Below are positions 24,780-39,339 of a stretch of 64,000 nt of DNA, in pieces. The DNA comes from Eledone cirrhosa (lineage: Eukaryota). The position numbers were made by a program, and so were the translations under genes. Location: the NCBI GenBank assembly GCA_964016885.1, contig OZ024743.1, forward strand, positions 26,474,001 to 26,538,000, written 5' to 3'. The notes under the pieces were generated by a model, which saw only the letters and a list, made by a program, of their open reading frames with translations, was not told the DNA's origin and did not search any database. Numbering within the stretch: the first letter of the stretch is position 1; every line of letters begins with the position of its first letter.

Positions 24780-25400
24780 TATTCTTTGACAATAGTGGTG
24801 TCACTCTCTCTCTCAACATTCATAACCATTCGTCTATCTCATTTCCTGGTGAGGATGAAGTCAATTTGGTTTATATATCCCTCTGATTGGTAGGTAATCA
24901 TGTGGTTGGCTGGTTCCTGAAGTTTGTTTTTGCAAATGGTTAGGTCATATGCATTGCAGAACTCCAGAAGCCTAAACCCCTCCTTGTTTCTTGTACCATG
25001 CCCATTGAAGTCACCAGCCATGATAATGAGGCCACTGTTATTCGTCATTAAGGTAATCTATAAGAGAGGACTTGATAGAAGTTACCTTTCTGATCTCCTG
25101 CAAGTCCAGCTTATGAAGCATATGCAGAGATTATAGTAGCTGTTGTATCGTCCAAAGGTAGCCTAGGTCTAATTATCCTATTACACACCCTGACTACCTC
25201 AATTATCTTGTACTTCCTCCCCATTTCTCAGTTAATAGTAACCACCTCATCCCCAGGTGAATCTGGCCGAAGCCATCCTCCATCTCACTTCTTGCACATG
25301 GCATACTTCCACTCATCTCTGCTCTAGCATCTCCACAACCTCACCGTACCTACCCTTTATCATGTTGACATTTATAAGTAGCAACTCTGAAATTTTGTCC
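24780..25400 (-). mobile_element. RTE LINE AP-endonuclease fragment in an ATG5 intron
   Basis: IMAGDFNGH...RNKEGFRLLEFC...ITYQS...QIDFIL in ORF 24839-25048. Confidence 0.8.
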
Positions 25401-26144
25401 GATAGGCAGAGAATTGCCTAGCTGTTTTGTTGTTCTGGTCATGAAAGTAAGAGGTGGATATGTGCTATCATCTCACATTCATTAGCTATTTTCCTGTAAT
25501 ATAATGAATTATCACTTGGATACTCTGTATTCACTGCCAGCAAAAGCATCTACTGAAAGCTACCATTGATCACTAGGTTTAATATAGCCTAAAATGATGG
25601 GGAGCGAGAAAGAGAAGGGGAGAGCAACATGAATCTTTACCTAGAGGCATCCATTTACACTTGCTTAAATATTATACAATTGGTTTTAAGAGTGGTCTAA
25701 ACATAAGTGGACTTGCCAAGGTACAAACTTTGTCTTTTCTAAGTGTGGAGGGAAGAAGGGGGGAAAATGTCTTCTAGTGAAGTTTATTTAAATCTCTTCT
25801 CTATAGAATCTTTTCTCCAATGGATTAGAGAAAATGAGTGGGCAGTTTATAGGTATAATACTCACTAACACATACAATTACTAACAGATGAGTTAGTGAA
25901 ACATAGTTTATTAAAGTTTGGAGAAGACACTGAATTTTACTTATTTCAGCATAAAACAATGGATTATGTATTAGTATAATGTAATTATAACTAGTATCTT
26001 TGAAATGATTTATTCTTTAGGAAACAATTCATTTGTCAAAAAATGCATTCTGTCCCTCAGTTTGTCAGCGTTTTTGTTTTCTCTCATTGCTTCTGAAATT
26101 CATTTGTTTAGAATAGTGTATAAACACTGGTATTGTATTTATAT

Positions 26145-26699
26145 GAGAGATAGACGGTAGTCACGGAATAGGCAGACCTAGAAAAACCTGGGACGAGCTG
26201 ATAAACTCCGACATCACACACTTACACCTCTCCAAGACAATGTCACTGGACCGAGACCTTTGGCGGTACTCAGTAACAGAGAAGACCCGCCTTACCTAAA
26301 TATATAGTAAAACCTACTCCAGCCAGTAGGCATCTCTAACAAAATACACCCCGTCCCACCACCACCACCCCCACCCCATCCACACCACCCCGTTCTATGT
26401 AAAGTTATGTTGGTGCCGCGCCATCCAGGCCGAAACAAATGAGATCGTGTAGGTGTCACGACAAAAAAACACACAGTCCACGCTGTAATGTGGCCGTGTA
26501 GGCAACACGGTAAAAACCTCCCAGACCCACACTGTAAATGTGGTTGGTGTTAGGAAGGGCATCCAACTGTAGAAAACCTGCCAGACAGTCCTATGCGAGC
26601 AAGACAATCACTCTTGCTTCAAGTGGGACTACCCCCGTCCAAACCCATGCAAGCGTGGAACACGGACGTTAAACGTTGATGATGATGATGATGATGATG
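26145..26699 (+). mobile_element. RTE LINE 3' end with 3' UTR and (GAT)n tail
   Basis: GRPRKTWDELI...DRDLWR, then ggttggtgttaggaagggcatcc...aacccatgcaagcgtgg...(gat)n. The same UTR is scattered at ~110-415, 940-1130, 31000-31400, 35280-36900 and 57320-57380. Confidence 0.8.
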
Positions 26700-27335
26700 G
26701 AGGAAAATAAGAGTTTCTATGTTCCTGTCTGCTGAATATATTTTCTACTCTGCTCACCTTTATCATTCAGTAAAACTTATTAAAGGTGATCTTTGCTTGC
26801 TTTTCATCTTTTCAGGATTGAAATTACTAGTTGAGGGCATTGGTTTGATGGAATTGCTAGAATGTCTGTTCTGGCTTTTTGCATTTTGTGTTCAAATTCC
26901 ACCTACAAGCTGATGATCATTGCAAGAGCACCTTGTCTAACCTACAATTGGTCAGTGTGGACAAGTAGGCCTACAACCAACATAGTTAACCCTTTAGCAT
27001 GTATATTACTCTCTATATACTATTGTATTTTTTTGGTAATGGCTTTATCTTACATAATTATCTCACAAAGTATCGAATCTATGAGATTTTGATGTTATTT
27101 ATTTTGAGAACGATACCTTAACATCAGCAACTAGTTATAGCTGGTTTGAACAGAAAGAAGTGAGAGAATTCTGGCTGGATACAGCCGGTTTAAATGCTAG
27201 AGGGTTAAGCCAGTTATGCTGAGGCTTTCTTTCATTCAACTGTAGATCAATAAGCTTAAAACATTTGTTCTATTGTTAACCCTTTCCACTTATTACTATG
27301 ATAATATGATGTATTCTATTCCATTTCTTTTTCAG

Positions 27336-27463
27336 TTACTTGTACCTCGGTTAAGTTATTTTCCATTGGTGACAGACAAAGTGCAAAAATACTTCCAAAA
27401 GTTTCTTGATACTGAGATACAAGGTGAATTCTGGTTAGAATTTGAAGGCCAGCCATTAAAATG
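27336..27463 (+). CDS. ATG5: ATG5 coding exon 2 (LLVPRLSYFPLVTDKV...EGQPLKW)
   Basis: tttttcAG acceptor, TG|GTAAGA donor, 128 nt. Confidence 0.95.
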
Positions 27464-27688
27464 GTAAGATGTTCCTGTGGCAATATTTTAATGGAATGGT
27501 ATGTGTTAATAACAGGATAAAGAGTCCTCTTTATCCTGCAGTGTCTTCATTCAGAGACAGTAAGCAGGAAAAGGCTATGAGCTCTGCTTTGTCTTCTCAA
27601 AATTAATATATGATTATTTTATGTTTCATGTGCTAAGGAAAATACATAGATATATAAATAAATCTTTTCTTTTGTCTTGTATTCACAG

Positions 27689-27767
27689 GCATTACCCTGT
27701 AGGAGTTCTTTTTGATCTTTATGGTTCTGAGGAAAATCTACCTTGGAAACTTACTGTTCACTTTCAG
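27689..27767 (+). CDS. ATG5: ATG5 coding exon 3 (HYPVGVLFDLYGSEENLPWKLTVHFQ)
   Basis: attcacAG acceptor, CAG|GTAATC donor, 79 nt. Confidence 0.95.
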
Positions 27768-28706
27768 GTAATCTCTGCTGACTAAAATGTTTCAGCTTCT
27801 GTTGGTCATTTGTTCTTTAGATAGTCTCTTTTATGTAAGATTATTGTAAATCTTAGTAGAGCCTTGCAAACACAAGTTGTTAATGAAACATTTATTGATG
27901 TTAATGTTGAGTTGTAGATTACACATGGTATATAAATAACAACAGACATTTACTGAGGTATGGGTGTGACTCCATAAATGTAATGGAGCTGTATTTATTA
28001 TATCTTGGTTGATTGACTTTGGTGAAACTTGAGTAACTGTCAGCCGAGATACATATTACAATGAAATATTTAGTTACAATCCATAACTACAGAAGCCTTG
28101 GGCATGGATATATAAGATGATCAATACATAGATTTGGGTCAAACATCTTGTTTTCAAAGTAAGACATACTTCCCATTTAGGAAACAGTAAGGAGTTTGTT
28201 GAATATTTTCAAGTGAAATTATTACAAAGAAGTTCCCTTACTGGTTTGTGTACAAATCTTTTAGGTCTTCATAATTTAATGTCTGTCTTCCTTGTTAGAC
28301 AGACATGACAGCAATTCTGATATCTTCTATAACCAGTGAAACAATGTAAATTAGCTCTTTTGTCACTATATGTCTAATGAAAAATCCTGCATATAATTTC
28401 AAAATAATTTTGAAAATAATGAAAACTTTGGAGGGATTTAATAATAATATAACTAACTTTTTTCATTAATTATCTTATGTTTAGAGCATGAGGTTCTTAT
28501 AAAAGATTTTGATGGTAGGACTTTAAATAAATATATACACTTTAAAACAAACAGCTTCATGTCATAAGAGCAGAAGCAGTTTCAGACAGTTTGGTAACAA
28601 AAGAGTTAGACTTCATTTAGAAACCCAGAATTGCAAATCTTCTGGTTCTTGAAAGTAAAATTTAAAATATCCCAAATCTATAAACCATTCTAATTTTTTT
28701 TTCTGA

Positions 28707-28967
<261 letters not shown>

Positions 28968-30339
28968 TGAATCTTTGTCTCTTAATTTTTCTTAATTAGT
29001 CAGAGGAGCAGGAGGAGGTGCAGCACTTATGGCCTTTGTAAGCCCAGCCAACTTGGCTAAATGAATGTACTTGATATTTATAATGAATTTCTTTAGACTG
29101 ATATATGTGAATACATGGATGGTAGGTAGAGTATTGCAGACAGCTTTAGCTCTAAGAAGAATTAGACAAAGTTTTTAGTGTTGTCTCTGACAGATATGAC
29201 ATAGTAAGAATGAGGGAAGGTAAGTACATTAGATGGGTTTAAGTGAACATGGTGTGCATCCTACTGACTCAGAAGAACAGAGGCCATTGTATTATCTGTA
29301 GAGATTTAAAAAGAAAAAAATATTTTTGTGATTCAGTGGTTGTATGTTGGTGAGTTAGGTTTTGCCAATCAATCAGTTAGGATACATCCATCTCCCTTTT
29401 GAATGCCTGTGTATAGCACTATCACTGAGCTTTGTTAAGGAAGGTTAGCTATTGATCAGAATTAAAATATGTTGTCTCTTATGATGAAACTTAGTTTTTG
29501 AGGTGTAATTTTTTGATATTATGCCGAGGTTAACTTTGCCTTTCATCCTTACGGGGTCGATAAAATAAAGTACCAGTAATGCACTGGGTAATTGCTGGCC
29601 TTGTGCCAAAAAGTAGAAAGATCAGAAGAAAATTGTGAGGACATATATTTGTAGTGACTTTGAGGAATTTAATCATGTGTTGTTCATGTTTATAGAGAAT
29701 GCTATGCAGGATTGTAGTTTTTGTACTGTTGAGGGAAATTTTGTTTGATATGTCAGTTAGCAGATATTTTCAAGATTTTTCTTGGAACTAATGCAAGTTT
29801 TATATGAATACATAGATGATGTCAGTTTGTGAAAGGATTGAAAAAGAATGGTTTTATCATTGTGCTTACAATAGCAAGTAGATCATTAACCCTTTTGATA
29901 TCATACTGCTTCAAATTACTCTTCATATTATATTATAAAACTGTTTGTTTTAAAGTGTTTAAATTTATCTAAGACCCTTCTATCATAATTTTATGTAAGA
30001 ACCTTTATGTTCCAACACCAACTTAATGAGAAAATTAGTTATATTACTAAATTCTTTCAAATTCTTGATTATTTTCAAAATCATTTGAAAACTGTGTCTT
30101 TTATTAGAATTATCATAACAAAAGAAGCATATTGGTAACATAACCAATTCTTGGAGTACACCAGAGTTGATGACTGCAGGTCAAAGAAACCTTCCAGCAG
30201 TGGAGTAGCTCTCATGCCAAACACAATTGAATGATATACTGATGTTAAGGATGAGACCACTGGTGTGTGATGTAGGAGAACAAGTCTTCAATAGATCTGG
30301 CTTTATTGAAACTATACAGGAAAGAGTGTGTGTGTCTGA

Positions 30340-30570
<231 letters not shown>

Positions 30571-32343
30571 TAATCAGTAAAGCCTTTGTAAAAATAAGCA
30601 TGTTTGTATTTCATTAATACATTATATCACAACTAACAGAGTATCCAGATAACCTAATAGAAAATAATTGCAAAGCAAACTGCTAGAGATATTGAATAGA
30701 TTCCTTAACCCCTTAGCATTTAAACTGACCGTATCTGGCCAGAATTCCTTCACCTCTTTCTGTTTAAATTGGCTGTAACCAGCTACATATACTGATGTTA
30801 AGGTATTGTTCTCTAAATAAATAATATCAAAATCTCATAGGTTCGATGTTATGTGAGATAAAGACTTTACTGTGAAAATATAATAGTAAATATAGAGTAA
30901 TGTAAATGCTAATGGGTTAAAACCATCCAACTTTTTGTTTAGAGTTTAAAATTGAAAGCTAGCTTGATATGGGTTAAGCTTTCCATCATCACCTTCATAA
31001 TCATTTAACACCTGTTTCCCCTATCAGCAAGGGTTCAACAGGTTGTTACTTGATTGGAGCTACTGTTCTTGCACTCAACAGAGTTCACTATGCATTTTAT
31101 TATAGCACCAGCACTTAGGAGGTTGTCATGTCTTTGACACAACTCTTCAGTCCTTTTAACCCATTTTTTTTTTGTTTCTACAGCTGGATGCCCTTCCTAT
31201 CACTAAACACCTTACAGTGTATACTGACTACATTTTTTGTGGCTCCAGCTCTAGACAGGTGGTTGTGTCATAACTGAAGGGTCTTCTCAACTCTTTTTGG
31301 TATGGTTTCTACAGCTGGAAGCCCTTCCTAACACCAACCACTTTACAGAGTGTACTAGCTGTGTTTTAGCATGGCACTAGTACTAGGGTGATTGTCATAG
31401 TAGACGAATAAGTATGATGTCATGGGTAAGTGGGGGGTGGGGGTGACAGTATAATATGGGGAGGATAATAAGTATAAAGTTATGTGTGTATGACGGGTGT
31501 GGTTGGATTCAAAGAGTAATGTGGGGGAGGAGAAGTAATGAGAAAGGACAACTCCACAAGTACCACCCACTGAGATTTCTCTGTACCTCCTTATATAGTT
31601 GTCATCCTCCACATACATAATTTTCTTTGTAGAAATATTCCAGAACTTCTCTTGATAAAACATATGAACTGTGTAATCTTTTACTGAGTAAAAAGTTAAG
31701 ACAGGGGGAAACATATAGTATTGTAACATCATATTAGAAGTATTTCGGTAGTATGTTAGTGATGGCCTGAAGTAGATGAAATTTTGTTGTATCTTAGCTT
31801 GAATGGAATCAAGATATCATTAAAGTAATTGTAATAATGGTAGATAAAATATATTTATGATGGAAATAGTAGTTAGAAAACAACTTGCTGAAAATATGAT
31901 TACAGTTGCACCAGAATTTCCTTTGCATGGTAGAAAGCTATAGATATTTCCAATTCATCCCTTACTCATTTGATGGGATACACATGGCATATTATTATTG
32001 CTCTATAAACACAGTATTTGAGTGAGGGAGAGTGGTTGGTTATGTACATAGTCTTCCTACTTTCAATACATTCTTTGTCATGGAGATAAACAAAACAAAA
32101 AAAAAACATGTCAATCACAGTAAGTTATGTATTACATTGTTAGTACTGGGTGACTATATCGATGTTAGTTTGCTTAGTTTTGTATTATATGTACCACTTA
32201 TACATCCTTTCTGGGGGAAAAAGTAATTAAAGATTGAGTGCATCATTACATCAGGTAAAATAATTTAGATGTTACATTAGATTTTAGCTTTAACCCTTTC
32301 ATTACTATATTTCTAATAAAAGATTCTGCTTACAATTTTCAAA

Positions 32344-32615
32344 TCTTCTTCTTCGCCCACTTATTCCTGAGAGGGTCTTGGGGGTAGAGTCCTCAAACAC
32401 TCCTTCCAGTAGGTCCTGTCAGAAGCACCCATCTCCAACTGATCCAGCTGGATCCCCAAGTGTGACCAGCCAAGCTCATGGATGTTATCCAACCATTTTG
32501 CTCTAGGTCTTCTCCTAGATCTCATGACAGTTGGTTTTGCCCGTAAAATTTGTCCAGCGATTCTTTCCTGGGGTATTCTAACCACATGCCCGAATTGAGA
32601 GATCACAGCTCCGAT
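32344..32615 (-). mobile_element. 5'-truncated RTE 3' end with (GAA)n tail and 10-bp TSD, nested in a TTAA MITE (32294-32824)
   Basis: ORF 32361-32624 reads FGHVVRI...RPRAKW; aattttcaaa at 32334-32343 and 32616-32625. Confidence 0.85.
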
Positions 32616-32950
32616 AATTTTCAAAGAATTTTGAAAATAATCAAGAATTTGGATGGAGTTTTTAAAATAATTAACTTTCTCATTATAAAGTTGGTGTTAT
32701 AAAGTTGAAGCATAACTCAACAAACAATTTTACATAAAATTATGATGGAATGTTTTTAGGTATATATAAACAGTTAGGAATTGTAGAACCAGGGATGGTT
32801 TCGGGTTGTTTAGCATTAAAAGGGTTAATAAAAACATAATTTGTTTGGTAACAGATTTGGCTGTGATGAAAATTTGATGCTTTTATAAATATGTTTTCTT
32901 CTTTATTATTGATGACTTATATAGTTTTGTTGTTATGTTTTCTATTACAG

Positions 32951-33062
32951 TCAGACGGTTCATTTTCTCAGCAATTATTCAAACCTATTGATGAAAATGG
33001 CACTGTACATTTGCTGTCTGATTTGATGCTACAGGCTCTACCTGATTTCAATGGAGATGAAA
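32951..33062 (+). CDS. ATG5: ATG5 coding exon 6 (SDGSFSQQLFKPIDENG...DFNGDE)
   Basis: tctattacAG acceptor, A|GTAAAT donor; phase 1 matches the next exon. Confidence 0.9.
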
Positions 33063-33908
33063 GTAAATTATATATTTCAGCTATTTTATTTTTACACTTT
33101 ATGAAAATGGTTTTCCCTTTTTAAGCTGGAATGAAGTTAGTTAAGGCCTAGACTTTATCAACCCTTTAGCATTTAAACCAGCCTTATCCGGCCAGAATTC
33201 TCTCACCTCTTTCTTTTCAAACCAGCTGTAACCGGTCACTCATACTGATGTTAAGATATAGTCCTCAAAATAAATAATATCAAAATCTTGTAGATTCGAT
33301 ATTATGTGAGATGAAGCCTTTACCACAAATAAATGCTAAAGGGTTAAAGTAATTTATTTCAAATCTTTCCAATGTAAAAAATGTAGTAAATAATTATTAA
33401 GGTCTTGTAGGTGGTAGTTTAGCAGAAGTGTTGGACTGACTGTCATGCAGGGTTTAGTTTTGTGATTTCAAATTCCACAAGAAGCAAGTTTACCTCTCAT
33501 CACTCAGAAGCCAATAAAATGAATACAGGTAATATACTTGGATCAGTCCAGTGAACCCTTATAAATTTGTGGCCTTGTGCCAATATAAGGAAACATTTTT
33601 AATGGAAGTCTTGAATTTTAAAAGAAAAAAGAGAAAAAACATTTATGATGATAATATAAAACTTGTGGAGTTAAATAGGGATTAGTCAAAGTTAAATCAA
33701 TCTGTAAAATATTGCTTCAAAAAGGACCCATTGATGAGCATGAAGTTTTTCATGTGACCTGAAAAACTAATGCTTACTTTAGCAGAGCGTCATCATCATC
33801 ATCATCATCGTTTAATGTCTATCTTCCATGCTAGCATGGTTGCCTTAAAATGATTGCTGCTGATGCTGGTACCATATTATCACTTGTTAAAAATATATAA
33901 TTTTATAA

Positions 33909-34070
<162 letters not shown>

Positions 34071-37000
34071 TTGGAGGACAAGACATCTCTTTATATTGCA
34101 AAACCATCCATGTAACAAGTTCACTGTTATTGAAAATTGAATCAAAACTGATTTTTGCTTATTTCTCCATTTGAATTTGGTTTGCTGAGAATGTAACTGA
34201 CTCTTCTGATAAATACAATATATATTAATTTATAATTGAACTGAAGTGATCTAGATAAATTTAAAAAAGAATACTTATTATATATATTATAATGCTTATT
34301 GGTATATATGAAAAGTAACTTTTAATTTATGCTGAAGATAAGCAATGAAAACTGATATAAAATCTTATAATCTCATGTCAATTTATTTTTTTTAAACCTT
34401 GTTAAACTTCAATAATATCCTCTGAAGACAGAATGTTAATATATTTTCGTATTTGTGTCACCTGAATTTCAAGTAATCAACAGCCACAGTAAAGTGATTC
34501 TGTTGTTGTTTCCTACATATAAGATCCTAATGAATCCATTCTAGAAACTCACTTCTCTGTAAACATCATCTTCTGGAGTGTGTCTTGTCTTTAACAAGCA
34601 AATTTAGGAAATATATTTTGTATGAAAAATAGTCAGATGCTTGCTTGATCCTAGTAGCAAATATTTTTAATGTTTTGTTTTATCAGAAAGTAGAAATGTC
34701 TTTGCTGAGTAAACTGGTGCCTGTGTAGACACATTATTGGCATCAATTGCTGCAATAAAGAAATGTGAAGATTACTGCAGCTAGCAAGCAGATACTTTTG
34801 TTATTTTTTCTGTGGGCTTTAGCAATTTGAGATCAGCTCTCTAGAATTTATCCAGGTCTTCATTGGTCTTCCTCTACTGTGGCCCCTTTCCACTCTACTA
34901 TACTAGAAAGCATCATCAAACACAACTTTTTTCAGATATGTAAGGATATATTTTTATAAAATTGTTTAAAATATTTTGTTGGGAGAAAAATAGTTATTAA
35001 TGTCAAACTGGGTAAAGTTATAATTATTGTTAGATAGGAATTGAAACTAAGTAGAAATTCTGATTGTTTTTGGTCATGCTGTGACATTCCTGAGAAAATA
35101 CCTATTAACATATATACACATGGCTTAGTGGTTAGAGCATTGGCCTTGCAATCGAATGTTGTTTCCTTGAGCAAGACACTTTATTTCACATTGCTCCAGT
35201 TTACTCAGCTGTAGAAATGAGATGATAGGACTGGGATCCCTATCATTCCACTGCAGAGTGGTTGTGGAGGTGCCACAGCAAAAAAGCACCCAGCACTCAC
35301 TGTAAATGAGGTTGGTGTTAGGAAGGGCATCCAGCTGTAGAAATCAAGCCAGAAACAGTTCCCATCCCACCCTTGCAAGCAGGGAAAAGCAGACGTAAAA
35401 TGATGATGATGATATATATAAACTGTTAGATTGTATCTGTAACCTCGACTTAAGAATTATGTGAAACGGATATGTATCTATGAAATACTCAGCCACTTTA
35501 CAGACAACTTCAATGACAGGAGAATCCATCATATATATCATATTCATCACCGTTTGGAGTGTTGGCATGGGTTAGACGAGCTATCCTGTTGTGAGCAATA
35601 CTAGGTCAGGTGTCCATGTTATGCTCATGAACCGATTTTTGGCTTGGTTTCTACAGCTGGATGCCCTTCCTACAGAACTGTTGTATGTCATCATCATCAT
35701 TTTACATCCATTCTTCCACGCTAGCATGGGTTAGACAGGTTGTCCTGTTGTGGGCAATGTCAGGTCGGGTGACCTTATCTTGCTCATACAGGAACTGATT
35801 TTGGCTTTATTTCTACAGCTGGGTGCTTTTTTTCCATGGCGCCTACACGACCACTTTACTCTGTGCACTGGGTGCTTTTTTTGTTGTGACACCTCCCCGA
35901 CCACTTTGCAGTGGGAGAGGGTGAGGGCATATTGTTCAGATTCGGCTTGTTCCCATGGAATATATATATATATATACACACAAACATATATATATATATC
36001 ATCATCACCGTTAGTGGTATGGACTTGTAATGTGTATGGAGGATGACAGTTGTATCAAAAGATGCAGGGCGCTTGAAGTTGAAGGAAACTATGAAAAAGG
36101 AAGACCTAGGAAAACATGGGATAAAGCTAGGTTTGCACAGTTAAACCTTTCATAAGTGATGATTCAGGATCAAGACCTCCAACGATCTGCTGTACTGCAG
36201 AAGACTCACCTTCTCATATACACAGGATGAAGTAAACATCTAGAGAACACTTGTCTGCACTAGATTTCACCCTAACCTGCTCATACATCTTCCTGCATCA
36301 TAATACTCACCCCCAACCTACAGACTCATTTCACCTCCCAACCCTCACTTTCTACAACCCTTGATACACCTGGCCAACCTATGCATACAAGCATGGAAAG
36401 ATGGACCTGCTCTTCCATAGACTTACCACCACAACAAAAAGCACTAAAACCACCCAGTATGGTGATTGTGCTAATGACACAACAAAAAGCACCCAGTCTA
36501 CCCTGCAAGGCAGTCTTACTGGTTACATGTCATGACAAAAAATACTCAGTCCATCCTGTAAGGTGGTTGTACTGGTGACATGACAAAAAAGCACTCAGTC
36601 CACCCTATAGATGGTCGTTTTGATGCCATGATAAAAAGCTCACAGTCTATGCTATAATGTGGTTGGCATTAGGAAGGGCATCCAGCCACAGAAACCAAGT
36701 CAGAAACAGTTCTATATGAGCAAGACATGGTCATCTAAGCTGACTTGTCTCATAACTTAATAACCCATCTAACTCAAGCAAGTGTGGAAAAATAGATGTT
36801 AAATAATGATATATCATTACCCAATAATTTTTATGTCCGTTTTTTCATGCTTGCATGGGTTGGATGGGTCTTTCTCAGCACAACATCTCTCCACTTGTTG
36901 CATTCCTTCCTCATCTCCTCTGCATATATGTATATATAGCTAATTACCAAGTTTCTTATCCATAAGAGTTGCATTGCAATGTTTTGTTGATAAACAAATG

Positions 37001-37289
37001 TAAGTAGGTAAGAGTACTCCATGTCAGTTGTATATATCCAGCATTGTGGTTGTGATCAAATGCAATGGAGTTTCTAAGTATGAATTATCAGACAGACATT
37101 ACATAATCATATCTATTGCATAATATGATCAATAGCATCAGTGTGGGACTGTTATGCAATCATTACAACAGCAACTGGCATGACATCATCAGATGTTAAC
37201 ACAATTATGTGAAGGAGTTAATATGCCATAGGCAAACACTTCAATGTTTGCGAAAGTCCAGTGAACACGTGTGTGTGTATATGTATGTG

Positions 37290-37600
37290 GTGAAGGCACA
37301 TGGCTTTGTGGTTAGAGCATTGGATTCACAATTGTGAAGTTGTGAGTTTGATTCCCAGGCTGGGCAATGCGTTGTAACCTTGAGCAAGACACTTTATTTC
37401 ACATTGCTCCAGTTCACTCAGCTGCAGAAATGAGTTGCCATTTCATTGGTACCAAGTTGTATTGGTCTTTGCTTTTCTCTTGGATAAAATCAGTGGTGTG
37501 GAGAGGGGAGACTGGTATGCATGGGAAACTGCTGGTCTTCCACAAAAACATTTTGCCTGGGCCTGTGCCTTGGAGATTTGGCCCAAATGTTTGCAGTCAA
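37290..37600 (+). mobile_element. SINE family B copy
   Basis: gaaggcacatggctttgtggttagagc head and ccttgagcaagacactttatttcacattgctccag core. Confidence 0.8.
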
Positions 37601-37829
37601 GAGCCAGGTGGAGGTGTTAAACTAGGTGATAGATATATATCAAGAAAACTAGTGTCTCTTGAGTGAGGTTTGACTGTTATTCTTTCTCAGATCAAGCCAC
37701 TGCATTGACACTTCTTAATTTTAGTGTGTGTAATTGTGGTGGAGGATGTAGTTGTATGTGTAGTGAGGTGGTTTGTGTTGTGATAAGATGGACAGTAGTG
37801 ATGGTTCTAGTAGCCATAATAATGCAGTT

Positions 37830-38858
37830 GGCAGTAGTGGTATCACCTATTATTATAGCAGTTGACTGTGGTGGTATCACCTATTATAGCACTGGTGGTA
37901 TCACCTATTATTATAGCAGTTGACAGTGGTGGTATCACTTATTATTATGGCAGTGGTGGTATCACCTATTATTATGGCAGTGGTGGTATCATCTATTATT
38001 ATGGCAGTGGTGGTATCACCTATTATTATAGCAGTGGTGGTATCACCTATTATTATGGCAGTGGTGGTATCACCTATTATTATGGCAGTGGTGGTATCAC
38101 CTATTATTATGGCAGTGGTGGTATCACCTATTATTATAGCAGTTGACAGTGGTGGTATCACTTATTATTATGGCAGTGGTGGTATCACCTATTATTATGG
38201 CAGTGGTGGTATCATCTATTATAGCAGTTGAGAGTGGTAATATCACCTATTATAGCAGTTGAGAGTGGTAATATCACCTATTATTTTAGTAATGGTGGGT
38301 GGTATCACCTATTATTATAGCAGTGGTGGTATCACCTATTATTATAGCAGTGATGGTATCACCTATTATTATAGCAGTGATGGTATCACCTATTATTATA
38401 GCAGTGATGGTATCACCTATTATTATAGCAGTGGTGGTATCACCTATTATTATAGCAGTTGACAGTGGTGGTATCACTTATTATTATAGCAGTGGTGGTA
38501 TCACCTATTATTATAGCAGTGGTGGTATCACCTATTATTATAGCAGTGGTGGTATCACCTATTATTATAGCAGTGGTGGTATCACCTATTATTATAGCAG
38601 TGGTGGTATCACCTATTATTATAGCAGTGGTGGTATCACCTATTATAGCAGTTGATAGTGGTGGTATCACCTATTATTATAGCAGTGGTGGTATCACCTA
38701 TTATTATAGCAGTGGTGGTATCACCTATTATTATAGCAGTGGTGGTATCACCTATTATAGCAGTTGATAGTGGTGGTATCACCTATTATTATGGCAGTGG
38801 TGGCATCACCTATTATTATAGCAGTTGACAGTGGTGGTATCACCTATTATTATGGCAG
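37830..38858. repeat. 27-bp minisatellite (RGCAGTGGTGGTATCACCTATTATTAT)n, about 38 units, with periodic 7-nt insertion variants
   Basis: Directly visible tandem array; the repeated peptides in the ORF track (SSGGITYYY, AVVVSPIII) reflect the 27-nt period. Confidence 0.97.
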
Positions 38859-39339
38859 ACACAATAATCACTACTACTTGAATAATAATATTTTCTAACA
38901 TAGTTACAAGGCTAAAAATATGTAATGAGGATGGGGTGGGTTTAGTTGATTAAATAAACCCAATACTTGACTGGTATTTTATTTTATTGAATCTGCAAAA
39001 GATTCAAGTTAACCTCAGCAGTATTTGAACTAAAGAACCAGAACAGATACTACTCCTCTAATATTTCTACCAATCCACAGCCCACAACAATAATTGCTTA
39101 CTCAAACACAAGGACAGAGATGTTTTTTTTGTGGGGAAAGGAGCAATCAATTATATCAGTACCAATACTTGATTGGTACTTTATTTTATCAATCTCGGAA
39201 GGATAAAAAAAAAATGTTGACCTGAGCAGGATTTGAACTCAGAAAGTAAGAGCTGTAATTAAACACCACAGGGTATTTCTGTTCAGAAAATGAATGATGA
39301 TCATCAGAAGCATGATTCTGTTATGATGATTATATTATG

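Noticed and set aside
37862-38767. Gly/Tyr-rich or Val/Ile-rich ORFs as a structural protein gene
   Set aside because: These are translations of a 27-bp minisatellite with recurrent frameshifting insertions and no credible start or splice context.
37830-38858. CRISPR-like array
   Set aside because: Units are contiguous with no unique spacers, there are no cas genes, and the context is eukaryotic.
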